Positions 1-13,372 of a stretch of DNA of 64,000 nt are shown here, piece after piece (position 1 is the first letter of the stretch; every line of letters begins with the position of its first letter). The stretch is from Klebsormidium nitens. Its lineage: Eukaryota > Plantae > Klebsormidiophyceae. The stretch lies in contig DF236954.1 of NCBI GenBank assembly GCA_000708835.1, forward strand, positions 62,001 through 126,000, in the 5' to 3' direction. The translations under genes and the position numbers were made by a program. Below the pieces are notes generated by a model. It saw nothing but the letters and a program-made list of their open reading frames with translations. It was not told the origin of the DNA and searched no databases.

Positions 1-467
1 GGAAGAACGATTGCGGATATCCTCCAAACTTCCATTACGCTCGTCCTTCCTCAGCAAGATCTGCAGCTCCATTGTAGCGGTAGTAAGCGGGATCCAAAAG
101 TTTCTGAAAAACAGTCGAGCAATCATTAGCCCGACACCTGGTGCCCTCGATATCGGCCCCAATCCTCACCGGTCAAGATGTGGCAACGATCCACCTTGAT
201 ACGAGGGACACTTTGGGTCACGATCGAGTCAGAGGATAACCTGGCGAGCATGAGACATTCGGCAAGCCTTAAGAAATCAATGATTTGAAAAAGACAAAAG
301 TACGCCAAGATTTTCCTAACGAACCCAAAAAAAACCTGACCCAGAAACTTACCTGCTCCGCACCCCTACCCACCCTACCCGCCAAACTAAACCGACCCGT
401 TTCAGTGTTGTTACCTTATTATGATCTCGGCTTATTCTCATCTCTCTTGAGTTCGATCAAAAATCAC

Positions 468-3400
468 CTGCTCCATGTCGTGCAGCTCTTCGATGATGAG
501 CCCCAGAGCCTCTCGCGCGTTGCCCATCCGCCCCAGGATGAACACCACCTCGCGCGTCAGGCCGCGCGCCTTGCACGTCTCGTACGCCTTTTCCAGCGGG
601 TAGAAGCTGCTGCTTCGCAGAAACGGCAGCAGGAAGCGAGGCTCGTAGTCCGCGTACAGCTCGACCTGGGCAGTAATAACGTGCAGGCTTTCATGCGACA
701 GTACATTTTCAGATTCTATGATCTAGAGCCGTGAAAGTTTTGAATCGAAGGTGGAGTAACAATGGCTAGCAGAAGCGGTCCCTAATCCTTCCCGGTTCGT
801 GGCGTGGCCGGATGCTTTCCCAGGACACCGAAAAGTAACTTTGGGACTCGTTCTTTTTGTTGTGACCCAAAAACTTCAACGCAAAGTCGGGAGCAAACGT
901 TCTGAATCTTGTTCAACCTTGGACCTTGGGCAAACGCTGAACCACGGTTGATTAGCAGTTTACCGGTCATACGTCAGCAGGTTTAACACCATTGGGTCGC
1001 GAATAATCGAACTCGCTTCGAGCCCTCTTGAGTGAGAGTTCGGGAGAGGCATCGTGACTCTTGACACTGAAGAGAAGAGCGGCGAAAAGTGTTCGGATCT
1101 CAGAATCCGTATCCTTGAACACACAATTCGAATGCTTGTTCCAGTTCGGAGTGTCGAGAATCAAGCATACTGCCAGCTACAAATATGGAGAGCACCGCCG
1201 AGAAAACACAAGTTGGGCGTCACATGGATGCGCCATCAAGACCTCGGGCCCTACCTGCATCCCGTGGTACTCTTTCCCCGCCGTCATGTCCACTTCAAAC
1301 AACCCGTGCAGATACAAATGCAGCAGCTTTCGCAGGTCCCGCCTGGACCTTCCGCCCTTGGGACCCGCTTGGCTTCCCCCGGGGCTGCTTTCGCCAGAGG
1401 GGGCGGCTAGACCCGCCCGCTTTTGGCGGCGCATTTCGTGCTGGATCTGGGAGACGACGTCCGAGGGGGGGATGTCCGCGCGATGTTGAACTAGCATGGT
1501 GACCGCGCGGGGGGCGTCGAGCTTCAGCAGCGGGAGGGCCTGTAGAGGGAAAGTGAAAAGATAAGAACGACGCCGTTTGCGGTAGGTCACGTGGGGAAAG
1601 GTTGGTAAAAATCTGCTCGTAGAATCCCGTTCGCGCCAAAAGAATGAGTAGGAAACGAAGGGAAACCCGGTGGATGGACACTACAAGCGGTCGGCTGATT
1701 TTTTGGTCAGACGTATGGCCAGCATGAAGTGTTGGAGAACCACAGATTACACGAAGGGGTTGCAGGACCTCTTCATACTGCAGTGCTGCCCCTGCCTTTC
1801 TTCCGGCAGGCTGCTTAACACATGTGTACGTCTTAGATACACAATTCGTGACCCTGAGGCGGTAATGCTCGAGTGTAGAGTGAAGAAGAAAGAGCGTTGT
1901 GGCAAGGCCGCGACGGCAAGCGTACTTTGGATTTGAAGACTGACTCAGAAACTTTTCTGGAGCGGAGTAGTCAAGCAGAGCAAGGAGAAACAAGTCCAGC
2001 GAGCCGACCTTGTCACGGCATGCAGCTTGCAGCTTGTGCCGCTCGATGAAGTCAAAGACGTCGGTGCGGCGCAGCTGGAGGTATAAACCCAGCGCCTCTT
2101 CCCACTGGTGGTTGTGCAAGTACAGCTCCGCTAGCGCCTGCCAGCAAGATAGCAGAAGCGTCAACACCGGGTTCTGATCGTGTGGCTGACAAGGGAACGT
2201 TCATTGTTCCTCAATTTCAAGCACGAGGTCGCGAACAACCTTCTTCGGAGAATCGGGAGGAAGAAAAGTCGGGAGAAGCCGGGACCGCCTCCTCGCTCCT
2301 GAATGTCGTACAGTGAACCCAACCCCAATGGGCCAAAAGAGTCTAAAACCAAAACTGAGCATGAAAGGAGGCGCTACAGCCGTGTGAACACCCTCTGACC
2401 GCTCCGACAACCGGACTCCGCTGCTTTACACTCACCGCTTGCAGCGCGGCGGAGTGCGGAAAGGCGACCAGCCGCTGCTGGACCGCTGCAATCATGGTGG
2501 TGACGGTGTACAGGGATGGGGGCCACGTGCGCACCAGGTCGAGGAAGCGCTCGTGCTCGGAGGGGGCGGCCAGGAAGGCGTTCAGGACCACCTGCGAAGG
2601 GTGCAACGTGACAGCTGAAGAGTCGCCTTGCGCACAATGACGGCGCGTCTTCAAGGTTGACATCAATGAAAGGTTCCGGCCGCTGGGGGCTTGCGCGGTG
2701 ATCTCGGAACAAGCATTGGACTGTCCATGAAAGCTTTTTGCTGTCTTTTTGGGTCTACGGTACGAAGACGGTATTCATGTAAGCGGTTGAGAACCACGCG
2801 AATGCATTAGGTGCGAGCAACTTTCGTGGTGCACGTTAGACCAGCAAGCATTCTTTCTTCAAATCAGATCATGCTTGGCATGGCTTCCACTCCTTGCTCG
2901 TTTATCGACCGTCTTCGAACCGATTGCCTTTCTACTTGTTTCGCACAATGGCTCGCCTATGCTTCTGGTTTGCAGGTGCCTCGCAAACTTCCGCAAGTTT
3001 GCCCGCCCCTTCCCCTCACCTCGTAGACCGTTTCCCGCAGCTGCGGGTTGGCGGTGGGGATGTAGGGCGCAAGAGCAGGCAGCTGGCGCAGGCTGGCGAA
3101 GTGGAATACCCAGCGCTCCCATGCGGCCGCGTTGCCCTTGAGCAGCTTGGGGCACAGCTGGGCCGCCTTGCCGTACTGGCGCTCCAATACCAAGTGGTCC
3201 AGGTAGCGCGCACCCACCTGAGGTTTTTTGAGGCCTGTGTAAGCTTTTGGGAACTGTGAGCTTTGCGTGATGATTTGACGCAGCTGTAGATGCGGAGGGC
3301 TTTCTCTCATCCTCAAGACACCTTGCGCAACTATTCAAAAAGCCGGTGTCCGTAGGTGGATCTCCGTTTCTTCAACATTTTGCAGACCTTGTCAGATGCT

Positions 3401-6400
3401 TCTTCCAGGTTTGCCAACCTTCCCACTCCTCTTCCAAGCGGGAAACAACGAGGCCACTGCAAAAGTGGCACTCAAAGGGTTCCAGCGACAGGGGCCTCCC
3501 ACGCACCTCTTCCAGGACCTCTTGCCGGGCCCCTCCCTTTTCGACGGCCTCGAGCGCCTTCTCGTGCCGCCCGTGCTGCACCAGCCATGCCACGTGGTCG
3601 TCCGCATCCCGGGGCTTCGCTTGGACAACATCCTGCACGGAGTTTCACGCTGTGATAATTACATCTAGCACCCTTCCGCTCTGGCTTGAGCAGAATGTGT
3701 GTACTGCTTAAGCTCGATGTAGGACGCAGTCAAATCTGCTATGGCTCGGAGTAGAAAGTATCACAATGATTTAGCTTGACGAAGGCCTAACATATTCCCA
3801 GGTGGACGATCAGCAATCACATGATTGCTTTCCTGAAAGCTTTTGCGATCCCGGGACTCTTTTGCGACCTTACAGAAGTAATTACAACGACAACTGCAAA
3901 TCTGTTCATCCACTCGGTAAGAATCCTCACACATTGATTAGCGGCAACTAGACCCAACCAAGATGTCGAGATGGAGGACTTGAAGTACTTGGCATCTCGA
4001 ACGGCCACGCTCAATTACACCGGAGCCAGATGGCTCAAAAAGCAAATACTGAAAGCACCCAGTCGCAGTGGCGACTGTTACAGTCGCGAACGCTTTCGTC
4101 CTTTTCGGATCAGAAGGCACAGCGGTCCCCTTTTCTGATTCTTGGACTCTCAGGCAGTCAGCGAAACCATACCTTTTTAGGGTTTTAGGGACCCGAAAGA
4201 AAAGAACGAGAACATGGAGCTGACAGTAAACGCGTGACAGGCGGGAATCGGTGTGAAGAGCAGCTGACCTTTGGCGAGACGATGTAGTAGAGCGGCTCGT
4301 CACCTGCGGACCACTGCCCGCCCTTTTCGCTGCTGCCCATGAACGGCGCATGTATGAGACGGTAGTCCTTCGCTTGGTACTGCTGGAATCCGTTCACACT
4401 GAGGGCGTCCGAGGTCAGCTCCTCGTTTTCGCGGGTGAGAATGCGCACCTCGGGCCGCTGCCCGGAGGCGTGGGGGGGGGCTGACGTGGCAGTGCCCTCG
4501 GGTTGGTCGTGGATGTAGGCCAAGACGACCAAATCCTTCCCTGCCAGATTGGAGAGAGGTTCGATAATTACGTCGATCGAAAGATGTCAAATACTTGAAT
4601 GTCTCTCAGGGAGCGGAAAATCAAGTCTGAAGTTTACCTCGTTTACAGTCTTCTGGAACTCGGCGGAGTCAGTCCAATCAAGGCTTTCGTTTGCAGCCGC
4701 TACAGCACAGGAGTCCTGAGCTGTGTTTCTCCTAGCTTGCCAACCTTCGAAAGGGACAATTACCACGCGGCTTTCACAGTAACTCCTGCAACATTTCAGG
4801 TTGGATGGAGAATCCGATACAGACGTGGACTACTTGAGACATACGACAGCGTATAGCAGACCAAAAAGCTGCTCCATTCGTAGAACCGGCCTCACCATAG
4901 GGCGCGATGCCCGAGATCAGGTAGTCCGCCTGTATCGACGCCAGGATCTCCACGTACTTCGCCGGTCCCGGCAGCCCTAGCCCCACTGTCTTCGCGGCCC
5001 CGAGAAAATCCATCGCGTTCAGTCCCGCCATAAGAGTCGAGGCAGCCGCGGCCGGCGCAAGGACGCTGCCGTTACTCGGGGGTTTGGGGGTTTCGGGAGG
5101 GTTTGGGGATTTGGTGCGGATGGCCGCGAGTTTGATGGTGCTAGCCCACCCGATGACGAGCAATGCGTCGTCCTGCCAGACGAGGTGGGGCCGTAGAAGA
5201 CCCGCGCTGATGCTGCAAGGATGCAAAGGGAGGGGTGTTCGGATCAACGCAGATTACAGGGAGCGAAGCTCGTTTCATTCGCTAGATTGTGACTAAGAGC
5301 ACGAGGAGATGCCGCAACGCCCCGAGTGTGTAGAAAGCTCGATACTACCTGCCTCGGTTGTGAAAAGAGAAGGGCTGACAACGGAAAATTGACGGCTGAC
5401 TTTACTCAGTAGGGGAGAAATGCGCCGTAACGAAGGCTTAGTCAGGGTCTGCTGACATGGACAGCTGAAGTGAACTTGCAGGATGCGAGCAGAGGCTGTC
5501 GACTCAACAGGACAGAAATTTCTTGATTTTCCGAGGAGCTAAGACTGAGAACGAAGGTTTGCCAATCGCGGCCTTTGTTTCCAGGCGACAGGGACACAAG
5601 CGTCCCTCGCCTGCTCGAAGGCGTCTGCTTCCGTTTCTGGAACATAGAATTGAATCATTCTCGATCTCACAACGAAGGTTTGGTTACTGACGAATGGGTA
5701 GAAAAGACAAGCGTCTTATCAATAAAGTGGGATATCTCCAAACAAAAACAGGGCTACCGCCCCCTCGCTTGACTCACCCGCCCCTCGGCATGTCGATGTA
5801 GCTGATCCTTTGCCCCGTCGCCATATCGTACAGTTTCACCCCCAGATCATTTGCCCAAGCGACCAAACTGGTGCGCCACCGGACCGCATGTATGGGGCCC
5901 TCTCCAGAGTGGAGGGCGGTGTCTTTGGGCCCCAGCCAGCCCTTGGTGTGGAGGACGAGCGTCCCAGCAAGGCCTCCCGCAACGAACTGGCGGTCCTTCT
6001 TGGTGGAGTACTCGGGGTCGATTGCCACCGTCTGCAGGTTGAGTTAACGGGATTAACTAGATGTATGTTCTTCGAGAGGGCAGTGTGGGGCGTGCTCCTC
6101 TGCGGTGTCTTCTGGTACCCGATAGAAACGGTTGCTTCGAGAACAGATTTCAGAACTAGACTGATGCTCAAAACGAACCAAACACGTCCTTCATTGGGGT
6201 CGCAAAGGAGGGAACAGTGCCGACGAGCAGAGGCCATCGTAACAACGGGTTCATTCCTAAAAGTCTGTGGCTTCTAGTGAAATTGTCTTCAAAAAGGATT
6301 GCACCCCGCAAATTGTCCAACCATCATCAATGTGATGATTCCACCTTCTCAGCCTGATGTATCCAGCAGCTGCGGACTGCCTCTCGGCCGGCAGCTCTGT

Positions 6401-8162
6401 CTTTGTACACGAATCGCCAAACAGCCCCTCTCAGTGTTCCGAGTGTCCGTTTCCGATTGCAGTACCATCCAAAAAGCCCACAGAAGTTTCATCAAGTGTA
6501 TGCCACATCCGCACCTTGATTGGTCGGTAGTAGTTGTGGCGCTCCCGCTCCTCTGAATAAAGGCCGTTGACAACCACTGTCCCATCGTCAGAGCAGCTGG
6601 CAACGTACTCCCCCGCCAGGTCGAAGGACACGTCATTCACTGCGGCCGTGTGTGAGGGGAAGCATTTCACCTGCATCGAAACGCTTTTTGTAGCACCATC
6701 CCACGGTGATTGGCAGCAACGAAGCAGGGGATAAGCATAAAACCCCAACCTGAAGGTACTTGCAGAGCGGCCGCTCGTAAACTGAAACATGCAAGGTTTC
6801 CAACTTGCACACTTTGCATGTACCTTTGGGGAGCGCAGCAATTCAAGCAGAAGGTGGAGTGTTCAAGGCAGGATGGCCGGGGCAAGCCTGGGGCTGGCAG
6901 CCCTGCCAACACGGCATTCGACTAGCCAATACAGCTGTTGCGCAATCCCCATGTCCAAAGTTGTGCAGCCTGGCTTTGTTCAGCAGCCAGATGAGAGGGC
7001 AGAACTCCACCGTAGACATTCGAGTTCTGGAAGTGAACGGACCTCGTGTCCACTGAAGTCAAGGATGTGCACCCCGCCGTTCTGCGTCCCGAGCGCCAGC
7101 ATCTTCTCAGCCACCCCCAGGCAGGTGGCCGCATTCTCCTTGGCAAGGATCTCAGGCAGGCTTCCCCACAGCCGCTGATACTTCAGCTTTGGCTCCTCCT
7201 CTTCTTCCTCCTCCTGGGGGCAGACAGGTCAAAGATGAGTCTGCCTCCAATTGTTGAAGCACCCTCCAACGGAGCTAAAGCTACACGTATCCCAGTACTC
7301 ACTGAAAGTCTGGTGTTGAACCACAAAGCATGCATGAAGTTGCTGTTCTAAAATCATGAAAACTTTCCAATAGCCAAACAGATTCAGCATCGGAGGCGCC
7401 AGTGAGCAAAAACCTACGGTATGCGTTACAAGTAGGAGCATGCTCAGTGAAAGTGATGTGGATGAACCTTTTGATCGTTGATCATGTAGGAAAAGGTCGC
7501 ACATCAGGTCCCCACGAAACGCTCAATTGAGAACATGTTTTGGCAGGCCAGGTCCATGGCTAGGAAACTGTTTTCAAGCTTGAAAAATTCCTACCATATC
7601 CCTTGCATTACAGCATTCGTTGGTCAATCCTTAATGTGTAACAAGCCCGGAAAAGTGGGCACGGTTGCCCTTGTACAACCGGTACAAACAGCTTTTTAAC
7701 ATACATCATGTCCTTCTCTCACAAACCGATCCTTGATACAACTCACACAATCTGCATCTTTACTGATATCTTTGCTGAGATTCACCAGGCATACATGCAC
7801 TGTGATGAAGACCAACCAATGCTAAGACACATCCGCAATGCTTCAATGCAGAATTCGTGAGCCCTGGCACATTCACACTGATACCCGACAACTGGCGCGA
7901 CGAGCAGGGTCTTTGATTTGTCTCCCCATTAAGTGTATTTCCGAAAGGTCAGTCAGAATGAAACCGCTCAGCAAAAAGGGAGACAAAGCTCGCTTGTAGT
8001 GAGCTTGCTCGGACTGCTCACCTCTTCTTCCTCTGCATCATCCCGCCCTCGTTCACCCTTCCCAACCTCTGCTTCATCATCCCCCTCATCACCCCCGCTC
8101 TCGTCTGCTGAGCTCATGTAATGACGTTGTGCCTTCACGCTTTCATCACTATTCTTATCCAT
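468..8162 (-). CDS. VPS41: Vacuolar protein sorting 41 (HOPS subunit); multi-exon, 3' end lies outside the window (before base 1)
   Basis: Exons read EEEPKLKYQRLWGSLPEIL...LALGTQNG (about 7048-7213) and SHTAAVNDVSFDLAGEYVASCSDDGTV (about 6513-6671). The WD region continues at about 5776-6034, 4895-5249 and 4268-4542 (DEPLYYIVSPK). Further exons: DVVQAKPRDADDHVAWL (about 3500-3633), LCPKLLKGNAAAWERWVFHF (about 3018-3217), about 2432-2592, about 2007-2139, about 1250-1542, and clathrin-repeat VELYADYEPRFLLPFLRSS...REVVFILGRMGN (468-665). An acidic first exon spans 8022-8162 (ATG at 8162 or 8118). Internal exon limits are approximate. Confidence 0.93.
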
Positions 8163-8718
8163 GTTGCTTCCGCTTTCATACGAAGAGCGCAGCTTTCAGA
8201 AGAATTTGGGTCCAGCCCGCTACTAAACGATCAATTCAACGTGCGAGCACGGCTCCATTCGGTTTCCAAGTAATCGCAGCGAGGGAAAGGTGTCCCAGCT
8301 AATCAGGCACAATTTGATAAGGGATTGATAAGCAGTCACTGTTCAGAGGTCCTTCACGTAAGTTGGCGCCTTGCAGGGAAGTTGGAACAACCAAGCAAGG
8401 AACTGGCTTGTCAAGGCTAGACACACAAGTCTCATGCAAGACTTTCTCGTTCGGCCTGCGTTACACACCATTATCTAGCAGTCATATTGTCAGCGTGCCT
8501 CGCAAAGCAAAATTGGTTTGTAACGCTCATTGCTAGGGTTTGGACAGCTTCAGCTGAACACGTCAGAACACCGCATTTCTGCGGGACCACATTGTCATTG
8601 CAATCTGCATTGCAGAAGAAGTGCACCGCTTACTTGTGGACGGTGTGCCTTCTTTCGATCCTTTGATCTTCTAAGGGCTGTCTCTCATTATAGTACACTG
8701 CATTGCACCACTGGACAG

Positions 8719-11700
8719 ATGGCAGCGTCTCTTGCTCTCCGGAGGTCTTCCGCGAACTTACATTTTGAGCGGCAACCTCCACAAGCAAAGCACAGCACAG
8801 GAAATGTCCCGCAACTTCAGCAAAGCCTCTATGGTAAAAGGTTAGGTCAGCGGTCAGCGCAGAGGGTTAGAGTCTTGAGTGGGCACGGAGCTGAGAGAAG
8901 ACCTCATGGTACTGTGTGTATGTCACGAGAAGGTCAACCTTTGGTTGGGGAGGACTTCGGAGCCAGGGATCCCTTTGCAGGCGAAATAGCATCTGACTTT
9001 GGCAACAAGTAAGGAGCCTCTTCTTATCCTAGGTTTTGACCACTACTGGTAATGGTGCATCACATTCGGGTGTGCTTCTTGGTGCTTTCAGATTTTCTGC
9101 CTTGCCTCCTTCGATAGCTTCTGGCAGACGCAACACAGTGGATACTTGTTGAGGGGACTCCCAATAGACAGCTGAACCTTTAGGCAACCTCAGTAATTGT
9201 TACAGCATTGCCCTAGGTCAGTTGCTACCGGTTAGTTCCTTGGTGGAAAGGCTTCCAATATGCTGAGGAAGTGTCACTCTTGCTCGTCTTCAGGAGGTGT
9301 GCCTTGAGGTTTCCGTTAGCCTTTTGCCACGGCTCTCTTATGGTTTTGGTAAAGTGCATGATACTTTGTGCGCCTGTTATTTTTAGATGTTGCCAAGGAT
9401 CTGCGGAATGCCTTGAGAAAGATCAAGAGGTCTGCTGTTGCCAGTGCTTTGTGTGACACGATTTTGCCAGAGTTGCAACCATTTTGAGTGACGAGGTATG
9501 AGCATCTTGATCCACCTAAATCACAGGCCTCCTGTATCTTCATCTTGATCTGAGTCTGGGGGTAGAAATCCACCCGTGTTTTACGCATCTACGCATTTGA
9601 TTTCTAACCGTTGACCTCGTTAGATGTAAGAATTGTCAGTATCTTATGCTCCTGAATATGAAGTAAAGGTCGGCCTCTACATCCTGGACCATATCAACGG
9701 CCAGCCTTACCTTTAGCCCGACCCACGTGGACATCAACACCTGCTTTTGCAATGACTTGTGGAGAATAGAATTCATCTGGTACTGCATGGGAGTCACCAA
9801 AAGCAAGATGGGCTGAGGTTTAGTCACTCCAACTACGAATGGTGAACAGCAGATGCCAACCCCCCCATAGATGGCTCTCTTGACACCCTGCTCCCACGTA
9901 ACTCCTTGTCTATGGAGAAGCGAAGGTTTATGGTTCTTTCCTTCTTCATCATTTCTTGATGTTGCTCCTTAAGCTTATTGAAGTTTGAGCCAAGTTTTCC
10001 CAGGTTGCACATCTTTTTGAAACCACCTCTGCTACAAAGTCCTGCAACGTGCGGCCTTCAGGTCTGTCCCCTATTCGTTATTTGTGTGTTCAGATTATCT
10101 ACGTAGCGCCACTTTCCAATAGAGATGGTCGGCTGTGCAGGGTGTTGGGCAATGCGGACACAGAGCATAAGATCAAGGTCCCCATACTACGGGGCATCGT
10201 CGGACTGTCTGCCAGAAGTTGTCAGAAGCTTGGACCTGACACGAAGGCGCTGTCACCGGAAGAAGCAAACGACCTTCGAAAACAGGTGAGTGAATCGGAC
10301 CAAGCGCTCTTTATTTCCTGCGGTTAGGAGATGGGGCGCTTGCATCATGATCAAAATTGGTATATTGACAAGAGAAAAGGCTTTATTTGGTGCTGGCCTT
10401 TACCCCCGTGAACTTATCGTCGTTGATTTGGCTGTCTAAACTTCTATCTTTCGAGCTGATTGCACACCTCCGCTCAATCGGCGGTGGCAATGACCGGATA
10501 TGTGTGTCGATGCGCTCTAAGTGCGAGTAAGTTTGACATGGGCCCATGTTCGGATCCTTCTCTAGATAAAGATGCAGACGCTTGAGTAAACAGAAACCAA
10601 GAGCATCCTTGAGTGTACTGCAGAACGGACCTCATTTCTGCTCTTGGATAGAGTATAGGTCGATATGCTCGAAGTGGAACAACGGTGGGTTTGAGTACCG
10701 ACAAGCGACCCGAGGCAAATTCCGCAAAGCAACCTCTTTTTCTTTCTGCGCCGTTTGAATTCGAAGCTACTGGATTGGAAAACGTCGGACGATCTTCAGA
10801 TGAGTCACCTCAAAATTCGCGAGCAGATGCAGGAAGAGGCCTCTTTGTTATGCTAGCGTCTCTTCGTTTGTGAATACCGGAATCAGGTTCGAGAGAACTG
10901 TGACAGAAGGGATTCGCTGTGCAGAAGGGATCAGAAGCAAAGTTTGAGGTGAGGCCCTTCTAAACATCTTCACATCCTTCCCCGTACAGATACTGGGCTG
11001 GAAACTTCTAGAAGGGCCAAGCGGCGAGCTCCGGCTGCAGCGGGAGTGGACGCTGCGGAATTTCCCGTCGGGGCTCGAGCTGTTTCAGCGGATCTCAAAA
11101 GTTGCGGAGGAGCAGGGGCACCACCCGGACCTGCATCTAACCGGCTGGAACAAGGCCCGCGTAGAGCTGTACTCGCACGAACTAGGTGAGAGGGGGTTTT
11201 CGGAGGGAGTGGATTGGAGGGTTGTTTCTGGGTTGATGACCGGCGTGCTCGCTTCGGCGTTCCTTGGAAGGAAGTCGCGGTGAGGTTCCGTTTGATACAT
11301 CGATCGACAATCATCTGACCGTCAGTATCCAAGCGAGAAAAGGCAAGGAAAATTGGCGCGCATACTGCTGTAAGCGCACACACTGATTGTCTTGAAGGCC
11401 GTTCACAAGGGAACTTCTGGCCGGGTTGGGGTTGTACTCTAGTTGTTGTCGACAGGGGATTGATGCATATGGCAGGCCAGGGGATTGTTCTGAGGGTAAG
11501 GGACACAGGAAGTTCTGGCTGCTAATCGTGCTGATTACCAGACCGGAAAATGCAAAATCACCAAGCCAACTTTCATCCAGGATACGTATGCCATTTTGTC
11601 CGGCGTGTAAGTCGTGCTATCCTGCGTTGAGTTGTCGGCGATCTGATCTACGAAAGACCCATGGAAGCCGGCGTTTCAAAAATTGATCGATGTGTCACAT

Positions 11701-11952
11701 GTCACCATGCACTGTTGTAGAAACCTTCTCTTTGCAGAATCGAACGGTTTCTGACCACGAAGTACCATCCTGATTGTGGCGAAAGACGAAAAAACTTTTG
11801 TTCTGCCAGTGACCTATCCCGGCCGCTTTCTAACGGTTGCTCGACATGCCTTTGCAGGGGGCCTAAGTGAGAACGACTTCATACTGGCAGCTAAGGTTGA
11901 GGAGATCGACACGTCAGATCTCATCAAGAAAATAAAGAAGTTCTGGGCCTAA
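8719..11952 (+). CDS. RAF2: Plastid pterin-4a-carbinolamine dehydratase-like protein / Rubisco accumulation factor 2
   Basis: Four phase-consistent exons: 8719-9008, 10141-10285, 10990-11185, 11858-11952. Transit-peptide-like N-terminus, then GEDFGARDPFAGEIASDFGNKVLGNADTEHKI, GHHPDLHL and GGLSENDFILAAKVEEI...KKFWA*, matching the plant RAF2/SDIRIP1 type of PCD. Confidence 0.9.
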
Positions 11953-12660
11953 GGCCATCCGTCGTTGCATTGCCTGCAGTTGCTGACAGACCTTCGTTGG
12001 GTTAGTCGGAAGATAGAAGAACGGGGATCCGTCGAATGAAGTGTACCTTATTACAATAAACATCGTTGCGTCGAATTCTAAGGCTGAGTCAGCCCGCTGC
12101 AAGCTAGCCAAGCTTGCTGAATCGTAGATCCGGGAAGCCAACGGTCCTGATCAGAGTCCAGACAAATCTGCAAGTAAGACCTGTGGCTTGCGTTCAGGTC
12201 CGTCAGAACTCTTTCAGTGTTGGCCCACATAGCTCCTAACAACACGAAGTGTGGACGCTCTTCAGAGTCCATACTACAAGAGCAGACGGTTAGCAGAAGG
12301 TTTGATCGGTTATGGCACTGCGCACCCGGTACTTGCAAAAATAAACCTCAGGCCATATTGTTTGATTGAGATTCGGTAACATGTTAGCATCCGGAGTCTG
12401 GGCCTGAAATTTGAATGAGTCGATCTGCCCACCCGGTGATGGTCTCTATTCTTATAAGTGATGCCGCAGCCAGTGCCGCTTTAGGCTTCTCATGACATAC
12501 ATATAATTACGGTTAGGGTGCGTTCTTGCAAGCCAATAGCCTCCTCCGCCGACACAAGCGCGTCTCTGGATTTGCGAACCACAATGAACACCTTCTATAT
12601 AGAGGTACTGCACAAAAGTGGCAGACTGATCTCAATGTATGTCGAGTAGCAGACTAAACG

Positions 12661-12790
12661 GTGGCCCTGGCCGGCTTATGCCGCACTGCGACCCCGGCCG
12701 CCGCGTCTTAGGCCCGGGGCCGGGCGGCCCCGGGCCGGGCCCGGGCGCGGCCGCGCCGGGGCCGCAGGCGCTCACGGTACCCACCTCGGC
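12661..12790. promoter_or_regulatory. GC-rich island with short palindromes about 600 bp upstream of the RLK start
   Basis: 12711-12765 is 55 nt of pure G/C. It contains the hairpin GGCCCGGGGCC-gggc-GGCCCCGGGCC (12711-12736) and the palindrome GGCGCGGCCGCGCC (12744-12757). A regulatory role is inferred from position only. Confidence 0.4.
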
Positions 12791-13372
12791 TCAGGTCCGG
12801 TACCGCACTGGTTGTTTTCCCTGGCACCCGATTGAAACCTGGTGTCAACACTTCCAAGTTCCAATTCAGCCTTCAGGCTACCATGACGTGCATAATGCAG
12901 AAATGGAAGGCGGGTGCCCGAATTGGCGCACGCCGCATACAGCACTGAGCAGGCGACTTGGGGTAGCTTTGCTCAAAGCAAGAGGAAGCACTTAGCATAC
13001 ACAATCATGACGATACATAGAGGAATTGCAGCAAGTGTGCAACTAGGTAAGACTTAGCTGAAATCTTCGTTGGAGCCTTCCAGAAATTTTGATCAAAAGA
13101 GCCTTGTTGACTTCACTTCCAGGGCGTACAATGGTAGTTCATTAAAGCAAGCTACGGACGCCGCAACAGGCCAGCACAGAAGGATGATGCCAGGTCCTTA
13201 ATGAAGTTTGAGAAAGTTCATTTGAGAAGCTCTATCACAAGTCATCATTAAAGGTAACACCTCATAAATAGCACGGCTCTTGGACCTTAGTGCCCGGCCC
13301 TCCAGGTGTCCATCACTGCCCTAATGGCTTGAGCTGGTCCCGCAGTGTTTCTAGCTCCCATCAGCAATCAGC

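Noticed and set aside
285-734. 149-aa plus-strand ORF and similar ORFs at 1054-1502
   Set aside because: Antisense to VPS41 exons, which explain the open frames.
9009-10140. Short ORFs in RAF2 intron 1 considered as a TE relic
   Set aside because: No RT, transposase or integrase motif or terminal repeat could be identified.
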